In this document: positions 16,150-24,676 of the stretch, one piece after another
How positions within the stretch are numbered: the stretch's first letter is position 1
How the letters are laid out: the number at the start of each line of letters is the position of its first letter
Origin: Psychrobacter cryohalolentis K5
GTDB lineage: Bacteria; Pseudomonadota; Gammaproteobacteria; Pseudomonadales; Moraxellaceae
DNA: 32,000 bases
Direction: 5' to 3'
Assembly: GCF_000013905.1 (NCBI RefSeq)
Contig: NC_007969.1
Location: forward strand, 2,520,001 to 2,552,000
Notes under the pieces: generated by a model
Database searches by the model: none
The model's input: only the letters and a program-made list of their open reading frames with translations
Told to the model about the DNA's origin: nothing
Program-made: the position numbers and the translations under genes

Positions 16150-17862
16150 ATGCCCTCTATTGCCACTCGACTGATACCTGTTTGGTTACGTCAATATCAG
16201 CTGTCTGCCTTGCCAACCGATATCATTGCAGGGATAGTCGTTGGTGTGCTCGTTATTCCGCAAAGCTTGGGCTATGCGGTCTTGGCAGGCTTGCCTCCGG
16301 TCTATGGCTTATACGCGGCTATCGTGCCTGTGGCGGTATATGCGTGGCTCGGCTCTAGTAATGTACAAGCCGTCGGACCTGCTGCTGTGACCGCTATTAT
16401 GACTGCAAGCGCGCTGCATCCTTATGCGGATAAGGGCGCTGAGCAGTATGTACTGATGGCAGCCCTACTAGCACTCATGATGGGTGCGATTTTGTGGCTG
16501 GCAGGACAGCTGAAATTGGGCTGGATTATGCAGTTTATCAGCCGCGGCGTCTCTGCTGGATTTATCAGTGGTGCCGCTGTGCTTATCTTTATAAGCCAGC
16601 TTAAATATCTAACTGGTATACCCATTTCAGGCGATGGCTTAATCGGTTATTTATCGAGCATGCAGATGTATGCCAATCAGCTGCATCCGTTGACGCTAGT
16701 AATTGGTATCAGCGCCTTTGCACTCATGCTTCTTAATCGCTATGGTAAAAAATGGGTTTGGCAGTCTTGGTTATCCGCCTCTTATGCGAAATGGGCAGAG
16801 CGCCTGTTTCCTCTTATACTGCTGACCGCTGCAATCGCTCTCAGTATCGTTTTACATTGGACGACAAGCGGTGTGGCAACGATTGGTAATGTACCGAAAG
16901 GACTGCCAAGCTTTACAGCGCCATATCTGCCAGACTTTCATGAAGCGCTCAATTTATTACCGACTGCAGGACTGATGGCGCTGATTGCGTTTGTATCGAG
17001 CAGCTCTGTTGCTAGCACTTATGCGCGTTTGCGCGGTGAGCTATTTGATGCCAATCGCGAGCTGACAGGGCTTGGACTGGCTAATGTTGCCGGTAGCTTT
17101 TTTCAAAGCTTTCCTATCGCTGGCGGATTTTCGCGTACGGCTATCAATGTCGATTCAGGTGCCAAAACGCCTTTAGCGAGCTTGGTCACAGTGTTAGTTA
17201 TGATAGCTGCCTTGATAGCATTCGGGTATCTGCTTGCCCCGCTGCCCTATGCAATTTTGGGCGCAACCATCATGGCAGCTATCATAGGTCTTATTGACAT
17301 AGCGACGCTAAAGTCGGCATGGCACCGCGACCGCTTAGATGCAGCAAGTTTTATCGCCGCGTTTGTCGGCGTATTGATATTTGGGTTAAATACAGGGCTC
17401 GTGATTGGACTTATGGTGTCATTTGCTAGCTTGATTTGGCAGTCAAGCAAACCGCATGTCGCTATCGTTGGGCAGCTAGCAGGGACAGGTCATTTTCGTA
17501 ATATTAATCGTCATGATGTAGTGACCTTTCACAATCTATTGATGCTGCGTATTGATGAGAGCTTGTTTTTTGGTAATAGCGAATCAGTGCATCGTCACGT
17601 GGTACAAGCCACGCGTCAATATCCAGAGGCAAGCGAGATTATTCTTATTATGTCGGCCGTTAATCATATCGATTTGACCGGACAAGAGATGCTTATCAGC
17701 TTAAACCAAGAGCTATTAAATCAAAATAAGCATTTGAGCTTTAGCTTTATTAAAGGCCCTGTAATGGACATCATTGAGCACACACCGGTGATTACTGATT
17801 TATCGGGACACGTTTATTTAAGCACTATGGATGCAGTTAATGGTTTAAAAGACACTCATTAA
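16150..17862 (+). CDS. SulP-family anion (sulfate) permease with C-terminal STAS domain
   Basis: 570 aa. Motifs GIVVGVLVIPQSLGYAVLAGLPPVYGLY and GGFSRTAINVDSGAKT are characteristic of SulP. The C-terminal ~120 aa are STAS-like. GAGGA SD 9 nt upstream. Confidence 0.92.
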   Translation: MPSIATRLIPVWLRQYQLSALPTDIIAGIVVGVLVIPQSLGYAVLAGLPPVYGLYAAIVPVAVYAWLGSSNVQAVGPAAVTAIMTASALHPYADKGAEQYVLMAALLALMMGAILWLAGQLKLGWIMQFISRGVSAGFISGAAVLIFISQLKYLTGIPISGDGLIGYLSSMQMYANQLHPLTLVIGISAFALMLLNRYGKKWVWQSWLSASYAKWAERLFPLILLTAAIALSIVLHWTTSGVATIGNVPKGLPSFTAPYLPDFHEALNLLPTAGLMALIAFVSSSSVASTYARLRGELFDANRELTGLGLANVAGSFFQSFPIAGGFSRTAINVDSGAKTPLASLVTVLVMIAALIAFGYLLAPLPYAILGATIMAAIIGLIDIATLKSAWHRDRLDAASFIAAFVGVLIFGLNTGLVIGLMVSFASLIWQSSKPHVAIVGQLAGTGHFRNINRHDVVTFHNLLMLRIDESLFFGNSESVHRHVVQATRQYPEASEIILIMSAVNHIDLTGQEMLISLNQELLNQNKHLSFSFIKGPVMDIIEHTPVITDLSGHVYLSTMDAVNGLKDTH

Positions 17863-18041
17863 TGTCATTTGTACTGTTTATTAGGCTAAGAATAATTAAT
17901 GGCTATCTATAACATATAGATATGATAAAAGCTGTGTTATGCTAAATTATTAGGACAACTAAAAAAAACTACTAGCCTGTAGCGCTTTTTTTGAACTCAT
18001 TATATCCTCTACTTTTTTTATAACCTTTATTGATATTACTT

Positions 18042-18368
18042 ATGACCGATGACTTAACTATTTATAAGCAAATTTACCCAAGCCAATGTATCAAAATTGC
18101 AGAGCTTGGCTACCGCTCTGTGCTTAATATTCGTCCTGACGCTGAGGTTGATTCGCAGCCTAATAGCTGTGATTTTAGCAGTGCAACGGCGAAAGCCAAT
18201 TTGAATTATCAGCATTTACCCTTTGATGATGAGCGCTTAAGTATGGCGACTGTGGAGCAGTTTGCTGCTTTTTATCGTACGATGCCAAAACCCATATTGA
18301 TGTTTTGTGGTACGGGCGCACGTGCCAAACTGTTGTACCAAAGCGCATTGATGCAAGGGCTGATATAA
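18042..18368 (+). CDS. DUF442 (TIGR01244) sulfurtransferase/phosphatase-like protein, paralogue 1
   Basis: 108 aa from ATG 18042 (the ORF track starts at TTG 18030). YRSVLNIRPDAEVDSQP and active-site-like loop FCGTGARA. No recognisable SD for either start. Confidence 0.7.
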   Translation: MTDDLTIYKQIYPSQCIKIAELGYRSVLNIRPDAEVDSQPNSCDFSSATAKANLNYQHLPFDDERLSMATVEQFAAFYRTMPKPILMFCGTGARAKLLYQSALMQGLI

Positions 18369-18491
18369 GCGTTGATATAAAAAGGCAATAAAGCTTACAT
18401 ACTTTATCTTTAGAAAATTATCCATTGCGCTTAGGCTTTGTATTCTTGTACTATCCATTTAATTTTAATATAAAAAATAAAAGGAGCTCTT

Positions 18492-18824
18492 ATGAGCCAT
18501 CAAGTGAGTATTACCGGACAAATCACCCCTGACCAAGTACCGATGATTGCAGAAAATGGTTTTAAAACCATTATTAACAATCGTCCGGATGGTGAAGAAC
18601 CGAACCAGCCAACCAGTGCTGAGATTGCTGCTGCCGCCGAAAAAGCAGGACTTGCTTATAAAGAAGTGTCCTTTGCTGGTAGTGAGCTCAATCAGAACCA
18701 TGTTGAAGAGTTTGCTGACTTTTTTAATCAAGCTGAGCAACCAATGTTGATATTCTGCCGTACGGGCAATCGCTCAACTGGTATCTATGAAGCGGCTAAG
18801 CGTATGGACTTGCTAGACGACTGA
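18492..18824 (+). CDS. DUF442 (TIGR01244) sulfurtransferase/phosphatase-like protein, paralogue 2
   Basis: 110 aa. FKTIINNRPDGEEPNQP and loop FCRTGNRS (rhodanese-like CRxGxR). Strong AAGGAG SD 5 nt upstream. Confidence 0.78.
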   Translation: MSHQVSITGQITPDQVPMIAENGFKTIINNRPDGEEPNQPTSAEIAAAAEKAGLAYKEVSFAGSELNQNHVEEFADFFNQAEQPMLIFCRTGNRSTGIYEAAKRMDLLDD

Positions 18825-18858
18825 TATCATAATCAATAATTTAAAGCAATAAACCAAG

Positions 18859-18885
18859 AAGCCCATATAAACATATGGGCTTTTA
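18859..18885 (+). terminator. Rho-independent terminator after DUF442 paralogue 2
   Basis: AAGCCCATAT aaac ATATGGGCTT followed by TTT(A). Confidence 0.8.
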
Positions 18886-18993
18886 TAATATTTAAGACTA
18901 TATTTTAGATGCTGTAAAGCAATATATCGCCACAAGGAATGGGCGTTATAAATATAATGCAAGTATAACCGTTAACTTTACAAGGAATGTTCC

Positions 18994-19851
18994 ATGAGTA
19001 ATACCGCATTAGCTCTGCTGCCATTAGCCCTTGCTTATATTATGTTTACCTTAGGAACAGGGCTTAAGCCCAGTGACTTTAAGGTTATTGCAAGTCACCC
19101 CAAAGCATTCTTTATAGGGTTGATTAACCAAGTTGTCTTTGTACCACTCGTGGCTTTAGCGGTCGTCTTACTGATGTCGCCACCACCTGCCATCGCCTTT
19201 GGTATTATGCTGATTAGCTTTTGTCCCGGCGGCGTGACCAGTAATATGCTCACCTACTATGCCAAGGGTAACGTAGCACTGTCGGTCGCGCTCACGGGCG
19301 TAGTCAGTCTATTATCGGTGGTGACCCTGCCTATCTTAATCACCTTGGCTTTCAATCACTTTATGAAAGACCAAGCAGGCTCTATCAGTGCAGTAAAAAT
19401 CGGCGTTGTCATGTTTTTATTGACCACCTTGCCAGTGACGATAGGTATGCTCGCCCGTTATAAATTCACTGATTTTATGGTGCGTAGAAGCGGCATCTTA
19501 AATGGCTTAGCCAGTGTCTTTTTTGTCTTAATCGTCCTTGCTGCTATTGCTACCAACTGGCAGCTATTACAGGAGCAATTGGCTTCTATTGGACTTGAGC
19601 TTGTGCTGATTATTGTCACCTTATTTATCATCAGTATTTTGACGGCAAAGGCGTTACAGCTAAGCTGGTTTGATACCAAAACCATCGCTATAGAAACCAG
19701 TATTCAAAACAGTACGACCGCGATTACCTTAGCCCCTATTATTATGGGCGTGAGTACATTGCCAGTTATTGCCTTACCTGCTGCCTTGTATGGCGTACTA
19801 ATGTATGTGATTGCACTGCCGATTATTTTTCTGATTAGGAATAAAAACTGA
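18994..19851 (+). CDS. Bile acid:sodium symporter (BASS/SBF) family transporter
   Basis: 285 aa, about 9 TM segments. MFTLGTGLKPSDF, FCPGGVTSN and SIQNS motifs are typical of the SBF family. AAGGA SD 6 nt upstream. Confidence 0.85.
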   Translation: MSNTALALLPLALAYIMFTLGTGLKPSDFKVIASHPKAFFIGLINQVVFVPLVALAVVLLMSPPPAIAFGIMLISFCPGGVTSNMLTYYAKGNVALSVALTGVVSLLSVVTLPILITLAFNHFMKDQAGSISAVKIGVVMFLLTTLPVTIGMLARYKFTDFMVRRSGILNGLASVFFVLIVLAAIATNWQLLQEQLASIGLELVLIIVTLFIISILTAKALQLSWFDTKTIAIETSIQNSTTAITLAPIIMGVSTLPVIALPAALYGVLMYVIALPIIFLIRNKN

Positions 19852-19884
19852 TTGAATAAGTAAGCCTTAATGAGACTATAAGCT

Positions 19885-19914
19885 ATGCCCGTCCAAATTT
19901 CGGATGGGCATTTG
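19885..19914 (+). terminator. Probable terminator after the BASS gene
   Basis: ATGCCCGTCC aaatttc GGATGGGCAT: 10-bp stem with one G-U pair, followed by only TTT. Confidence 0.5.
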
Positions 19915-19991
19915 CACAATGAAATACCTAAATAACGAGATCGTTTAATTCAAGTAGCATATAAGTGCTACTTTTCAAAAAACTATAGAGT

Positions 19992-20738
19992 ATGATTATG
20001 AAAAAACCGCTACTCATTATCGGTAATAAAAACTATTCATCATGGTCACTGCGAGCTTGGCTACTACTCAAAGCATTCAATATTGACTTTGATGAGCAAC
20101 TTATTGAGCTGTTTCATCCATCAGCGACACCCATTCTCAATGAACATGCGCCAACAGGAAAAGTGCCGGTTTTGATCTATGGTCAAGGTGATGAAAAAGT
20201 TACGATATGGGATACTTTAGCGATTGCCATTCATGCCAATGATTATCTGACAGACTTAGATATTTGGACAGGATTGAGTAAGTCTCATACTGAGAGCAAT
20301 ACTAGCAACAGAATAAATAGTGCTTATTGCCAAAGTATCATTGCTGAGATCCATTCAGGGCTAATAGGTATCCGTGGTGAGATGCCGATGAACATTCGAG
20401 CGACTGCTAAAATACGTCCGAGCGCCGCTTGCTTAGCCAATATTGCCCGTATTGAGTATATCTTTGCAGATTGTTTAACAAACAGATCACCAGATAGCTA
20501 TTTATTTGGTGATTTTACGGCCGCTGATGCATTTTTTGCTCCTGTTGTTTTACGGCTACAAACCTACGCCAAGGCTTCAGGAATCATATTAACACCGCTT
20601 ACTGAACAATATTGCCAGACTCTTCTAGACAATCCCCATGTCCAAGCATGGCAAAAGTCAGCACTTAAAGAAACTCGCATCATTGAAGAAGATGAAGCAG
20701 GTGAGATACTATCTGTAGAAGGGATATTGGCTAAATAG
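19992..20738 (+). CDS. Glutathione S-transferase family protein
   Basis: 248 aa. The N-terminal thioredoxin-like GST domain has NYSSWSLRAWLLL and GKVPVL. Start is 19992 or 19998 (MIMKK), with a weak SD. Confidence 0.78.
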   Translation: MIMKKPLLIIGNKNYSSWSLRAWLLLKAFNIDFDEQLIELFHPSATPILNEHAPTGKVPVLIYGQGDEKVTIWDTLAIAIHANDYLTDLDIWTGLSKSHTESNTSNRINSAYCQSIIAEIHSGLIGIRGEMPMNIRATAKIRPSAACLANIARIEYIFADCLTNRSPDSYLFGDFTAADAFFAPVVLRLQTYAKASGIILTPLTEQYCQTLLDNPHVQAWQKSALKETRIIEEDEAGEILSVEGILAK

Positions 20739-20763
20739 CATTTACTTAACGTCTATAAGTAAC

Positions 20764-20799
20764 AAAGCTCCGATACCTATTAGGATATCGGAGCTTTTT
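20764..20799. terminator. Bidirectional rho-independent terminator between GST (+) and ahpF (-)
   Basis: AAAGCTCCGATA cctattagga TATCGGAGCTTT then TTTA: 12-bp stem flanked by A and T tracts. Confidence 0.88.
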
Positions 20800-20824
20800 A
20801 TTTTAGAAGATATTAAAGACTGGC

Positions 20825-22402
20825 TTACTGCATAACCAAATATTCAAACGCTGATAATGCCGCTTTTGAACCTTCACCCATCGCAATATTAATCTGCTTA
20901 AAGGGTACAGTCGTAACATCACCACAAGCAAAGATACCTTTGCGATCTGTACGGCAGCGCTCATCAATTTCAATCTCGCCAAAGCGGTTTAAATCGACGA
21001 AGCCTTTAACGAACCCAGTATTTGGTATCAAGCCAATCTGTACAAACACCCCTGCAACATCAAGCTCTTTATTCTCGCTGCTATTGCGATCTTGATAGAT
21101 AATAGACGATACTTTACCCTCAGTCGCTTTAATTTCTTGGGTCGCTGCACTGGTAATGATATCGATATTTGCCTTTTCTTTGGCTTTATTAATCAATACC
21201 TGATCCGCTTTCAAATCATCAGCAAACTCAAGCACGGTCACATGCTTCACGATACCAGCAAGGTCTAATGCCGCTTCGATACCAGAGTTACCACCACCGA
21301 CGACGGCAATATCTTTACCTTTGAAGAATGGACCATCACAGTGCGCACAGAAAGCCACGCCTTTACCGATGTTTTCTTCTTCGCCAGCGACCCCAAGCTT
21401 ACGCCATTGAGCACCAGTTGCCAAGATAATACTACGCGTCTCAAAGGTCTCACCGGTATTCAGATGAATGCGATAATTTTCATCAGCTGTCTCACTAATC
21501 TCTTTGACGCTGACGTGCTCTTTAAGCGTAATATTATATTCGCGCAAATGCTTTTCAAAGTTCACCGAGAGCTCGCCACCTGTGGTTAAAGGTACTGAGA
21601 TTAAGTTTTCAATATCTTGCGTATCTTTTACTTGCCCACCGATACGGTCAGCCACCATGGTAACTTTTAAGCCTTTACGCGCGGTATAAATCGCAGCAGC
21701 AACCCCAGCTGGACCCGCACCAATAATCGTCACATCTTGTTGCTCTAACTGTTCAGCATCATCTTCAGCTTCTGCTAACAAATCAGGAAATTGCTCTTGT
21801 AACTTCTCAATCAATTTAGCCGTGTCAATCAGACCATTAGCAAACGGCTTGCCGTTTAAGAATACTGCTGGTACGCCTTGGATATTATTCGCTTCTACTT
21901 GCTCTTGGAATAGTGCCCCATCGATCATCTCATTACTGATGTCATCGTTTAGCAGCGCGAATTGGTTTAGCGCTTGCACAACTTCTGGGCAGCTGTGGCA
22001 AGAAAGCGACACGTAAGTTTGAAACTGTAGTGGCTTATTAAAGCGTTTAATCAGCTTTTGAATGCCTTCATCGAGTTTTAACGTATGACCACCCGCTTGC
22101 AAAATCGCCAATATCAATGAAGTAAATTCATGACCACCAGGAATACCACTAAAGACAATACCTGTATCCGTCAAAGCACCATCAATGTGACTGATTACTT
22201 TAAAACTGATTGGGCTTGGCAAACTGTCATCGTTAGCTTGTGCGTCAAAATTAATCTTATCTGTCGTACCAGCGATTTTGCTCAAAAAATCAATCAACTC
22301 AGCACGCTTGCTATGCTCGCCACTACCTAAGACAAAGCTGATTGGGCGGGTCATATTTACGCTATAGCTCTTTACGGCATCTAATAAGCTTTGGTCTATC
22401 AT
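20825..22402 (-). CDS. ahpF: Alkyl hydroperoxide reductase subunit F
   Basis: 525 aa. N-terminal double thioredoxin fold with CHSCPEV, FAD site [12 protein letters not shown], redox centre [12 protein letters not shown] site [15 protein letters not shown] 6 nt upstream. Confidence 0.97.
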   Translation of the reverse strand: MIDQSLLDAVKSYSVNMTRPISFVLGSGEHSKRAELIDFLSKIAGTTDKINFDAQANDDSLPSPISFKVISHIDGALTDTGIVFSGIPGGHEFTSLILAILQAGGHTLKLDEGIQKLIKRFNKPLQFQTYVSLSCHSCPEVVQALNQFALLNDDISNEMIDGALFQEQVEANNIQGVPAVFLNGKPFANGLIDTAKLIEKLQEQFPDLLAEAEDDAEQLEQQDVTIIGAGPAGVAAAIYTARKGLKVTMVADRIGGQVKDTQDIENLISVPLTTGGELSVNFEKHLREYNITLKEHVSVKEISETADENYRIHLNTGETFETRSIILATGAQWRKLGVAGEEENIGKGVAFCAHCDGPFFKGKDIAVVGGGNSGIEAALDLAGIVKHVTVLEFADDLKADQVLINKAKEKANIDIITSAATQEIKATEGKVSSIIYQDRNSSENKELDVAGVFVQIGLIPNTGFVKGFVDLNRFGEIEIDERCRTDRKGIFACGDVTTVPFKQINIAMGEGSKAALSAFEYLVMQ

Positions 22403-22926
22403 AATTGTTCCTTGTTATTATCGAATATGTAACGTCAGCATCAGTGCTGCGCGTTTAAATGAGTAAGAGTCATATGCCAATACTGCTATTTATATGCGGC
22501 ATATAACCTTTGATACGTCTATTATCAAAGGTTTGAGAGTTTTGAGCAAGCGGATAAACTCAAACCTTATGTTTTATAAAACCTATCATAAATCAATATT
22601 TTTATTTAATTTCAAAATTACTTCTAAATGATAATCAATACTAACTATAGTATCTAAGTATTTTTTTCGCTACAATCGAGTGAAGCGGATAGAAGAATTC
22701 TATGCGTGTTATGGCAGATTTACTTTTATAAGTATTCGATAAATCTGTTTATCAAACATACTTTTTAAAAGTAGATTCGCTGGCATTAAGCCTCATCGTT
22801 ATTCAGTTAAATAACGGTTCGGTTCCATAAAATCTAAGTCTCATAATTATAGTAATTCATCAAAACAATCTTAAGACCATGCGCGGATGCTTATACAAGC
22901 TTGCGCTTCATAACAAGGATGACAAG

Positions 22927-23175
22927 ATGAGAAAGACAGATACATGGCAAGATAACAAAGATATTATTGCTGAGCTTAAGCAAAAAGACAGTCACTTTGC
23001 GACTATCTTTGATGAGCATACCCAGCTAGACCAGCAAATCAATCAGCTTGATAAAGATATGGTCACGCACGCTAGCCGTGAAGAAGAAATCGAGCAGATG
23101 AAGCGTCGCAAGCTGCATCTAAAAGATGAGATTTATAAAATAATCGATAAAAATAAATTAGGATCTCATGCCTAA
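22927..23175 (+). CDS. DUF465 / YdcH-family small protein
   Basis: 82 aa from ATG 22927 (AAGGA SD 7 nt upstream; the track ORF starts at 22879). LKQKDSHFATIFDEHTQLDQQINQLD....EIEQMKRRKLHLKDEIY is the DUF465 pattern. Confidence 0.75.
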   Translation: MRKTDTWQDNKDIIAELKQKDSHFATIFDEHTQLDQQINQLDKDMVTHASREEEIEQMKRRKLHLKDEIYKIIDKNKLGSHA

Positions 23176-23253
23176 CTAACAGCTATTTAGACCATTAGCT
23201 ATCATGAAAAATGATAAAATTTAGATAAGAAAAAACCCCATTAGCATAAGTTA

Positions 23254-23277
23254 TGAACCGACCCCCATAAGTTGGAC
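23254..23277 (+). repeat. IS left terminal inverted repeat (IRL)
   Basis: TGAACCGACCCCCATAAGTTGGAC; matches the reverse complement of 24653-24676 at 21/24 positions. Confidence 0.9.
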
Positions 23278-23298
23278 ACAACTTATGGGGGTATTTTT

Positions 23299-23817
23299 AT
23301 GCGTTACGATCTAGACTTTAAGATGCAAGTCATCGCATACTATCTGCAAGGACATACCGGACTTGCCACAAGTGAGAAGTTTAAAGTAGATTCGAAACTT
23401 GTACAAAAATGGGTTAAGCAATATCAAAGCGGTGGTATAGACGCGATCAAGCCAAAGACAAGTAAGGCTAAATACAGCAGTGGGTTTAAATACAAAGTGA
23501 TTACGACCATGCTGACGCAAGGATTAAGTCAATCCGAGGTCGCTTTAACATTTAATATCAGCTCACCTGCTTTAATTAGCCACTGGCACAAAGCATATCG
23601 ACAACAAGGCATGTCTGGACTAATAACCAAGCCTAAAGGTAGAGCCGCCATGACCAAGCCATTTATCACAAGCAAACCAGATGATGAGAAAACCTTAGCA
23701 GAGCTTAAGCGTGAGAATGAATACCTACGTGCAGAGGTTGCGTACCTAAAAAAGCTCGATGCCTTGCTCAAAGCGGAGGAACAAGCAGGCAAAAAGCAAG
23801 GCTCATCGAAGCACTAA
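23299..23817 (+). CDS. IS3-family transposase OrfA (HTH + leucine zipper)
   Basis: 172 aa from ATG 23299 (GGGGG SD 7 nt upstream; the track starts at TTG 23272). Two HTH-like segments and a C-terminal LAELKRENEYLRAEVAYLKKLDALL zipper. Confidence 0.9.
   Translation: MRYDLDFKMQVIAYYLQGHTGLATSEKFKVDSKLVQKWVKQYQSGGIDAIKPKTSKAKYSSGFKYKVITTMLTQGLSQSEVALTFNISSPALISHWHKAYRQQGMSGLITKPKGRAAMTKPFITSKPDDEKTLAELKRENEYLRAEVAYLKKLDALLKAEEQAGKKQGSSKH
23748..23754 (+). other. Programmed -1 ribosomal frameshift heptamer A_AAA_AAG
   Basis: In the orfA frame the codons are CTA AAA AAG (Y-L-K-K). The -1 frame is open from here (KKARCLAQSGGTSRQKARLIEALRQEHPLSALLNIAKMAKS) into orfB, giving the OrfAB fusion typical of IS3 elements. 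Confidence 0.8.
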
Positions 23818-23840
23818 GACAAGAGCACCCTTTATCTGCT

Positions 23841-24644
23841 TTGCTAAACATCGCTAAGATGGCTAAAAGTGTCTTTTACTACCATAGGTGTCAGTTTGAC
23901 GTTAAAGACAAATATGGAGACTTAAAACAGCGTATTACTGAGCTTTACCATCAGCATAAAGGCAGGTATGGTTATCGTAGAGTCACGGCTGCATTAAAGC
24001 AGCTAGATTGTCATCATAACCATAAGCTCATCGCTAAGCTTATGCATGACATGAAGCTTAGCGCAAAGATAAGACGTCAGAAGTATCGCTCCTATAAAGG
24101 ACAACAAGGTAAGATTGCGAAGAACTATTTAAAACGCCAGTTTCATGCAGATAAACCAAATAAGCGCTGGCTGACCGATATTACTGAGTTTAAGGTGGGT
24201 GATGATAAGCTGTATTTGTCACCCATACTTGATTGTTATAACAATGAGATTGTCAGTTATACACTCTCAAAGAGACCCACTTATGACTTAGTTGGCAAGA
24301 TGCTAGAGGATGCTTTGGCAAAGACGAAAGCGTGCCGTGATAACAAGTTAATGCTGCACTCTGATCAAGGATGGCATTATCAAATGAGACTGTTTGGACA
24401 GGTGCTGAAACAGCATGGTATTAAGCAAAGTATGAGCAGAAAAGGCAACTGTTTGGATAATGCGCTCATGGAGGGGTTCTTTGGTACCCTAAAGTGTGAG
24501 ACGATTTATATTGAAAAGCCTAATTCGATTGAAGGTTTAGAGAAACAGATTCATGAGTATATTCACTACTATAATCATGAAAGAATTCAACTCAAACTAA
24601 AAGGACTGAGTCCTGTTAAGTACAGAACTCAGTCCTTGATATAA
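23841..24644 (+). CDS. IS3-family transposase OrfB (DDE/RNase H-fold catalytic domain); expressed as an OrfAB fusion via the -1 frameshift at 23748-23754
   Basis: The 267-aa track ORF is in the -1 frame relative to orfA. Motifs WLTDITEF (D), LHSDQGWHY (D), CLDNALMEGFFGTLKCE (E) and the C-terminal YNHERIQLKLKGLSP motif. Confidence 0.92.
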   Translation: MLNIAKMAKSVFYYHRCQFDVKDKYGDLKQRITELYHQHKGRYGYRRVTAALKQLDCHHNHKLIAKLMHDMKLSAKIRRQKYRSYKGQQGKIAKNYLKRQFHADKPNKRWLTDITEFKVGDDKLYLSPILDCYNNEIVSYTLSKRPTYDLVGKMLEDALAKTKACRDNKLMLHSDQGWHYQMRLFGQVLKQHGIKQSMSRKGNCLDNALMEGFFGTLKCETIYIEKPNSIEGLEKQIHEYIHYYNHERIQLKLKGLSPVKYRTQSLI

Positions 24645-24652
24645 ACTAAACC

Positions 24653-24676
24653 GTCCAACATTTGGGGGTCAGTTCA
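24653..24676 (-). repeat. IS right terminal inverted repeat (IRR)
   Basis: The reverse complement reads TGAACTGACCCCCAAATGTTGGAC. Confidence 0.9.

Larger units (their letters stand above)
23254..24676 (+). mobile_element. Intact IS3-family insertion sequence (IS150-group-like ends), 1423 bp, with 3-bp target-site duplication TTA
   Basis: Terminal inverted repeats TGAACCGACCCCCATAAGTTGGAC / TGAACTGACCCCCAAATGTTGGAC (21/24 match, TG...CA ends). Two overlapping ORFs lie in frames 0/-1 with an A_AAA_AAG slippery site. The DDE transposase has DITEF, HSDQGWHY and DNALMEGFF. Direct repeat TTA at 23251-23253 and 24677-24679. Confidence 0.93.

Noticed and set aside
16134-16358. 74-aa ORF overlapping the sulP start in another frame.
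   Set aside because: The SulP frame is unambiguous, and the alternative is Cys/Arg-rich with no SD.
21265-22330. Several 61-82-aa ORFs on both strands inside ahpF.
   Set aside because: All lie within the ahpF coding sequence, whose frame has unmistakable motifs. None has an SD or a recognisable domain.
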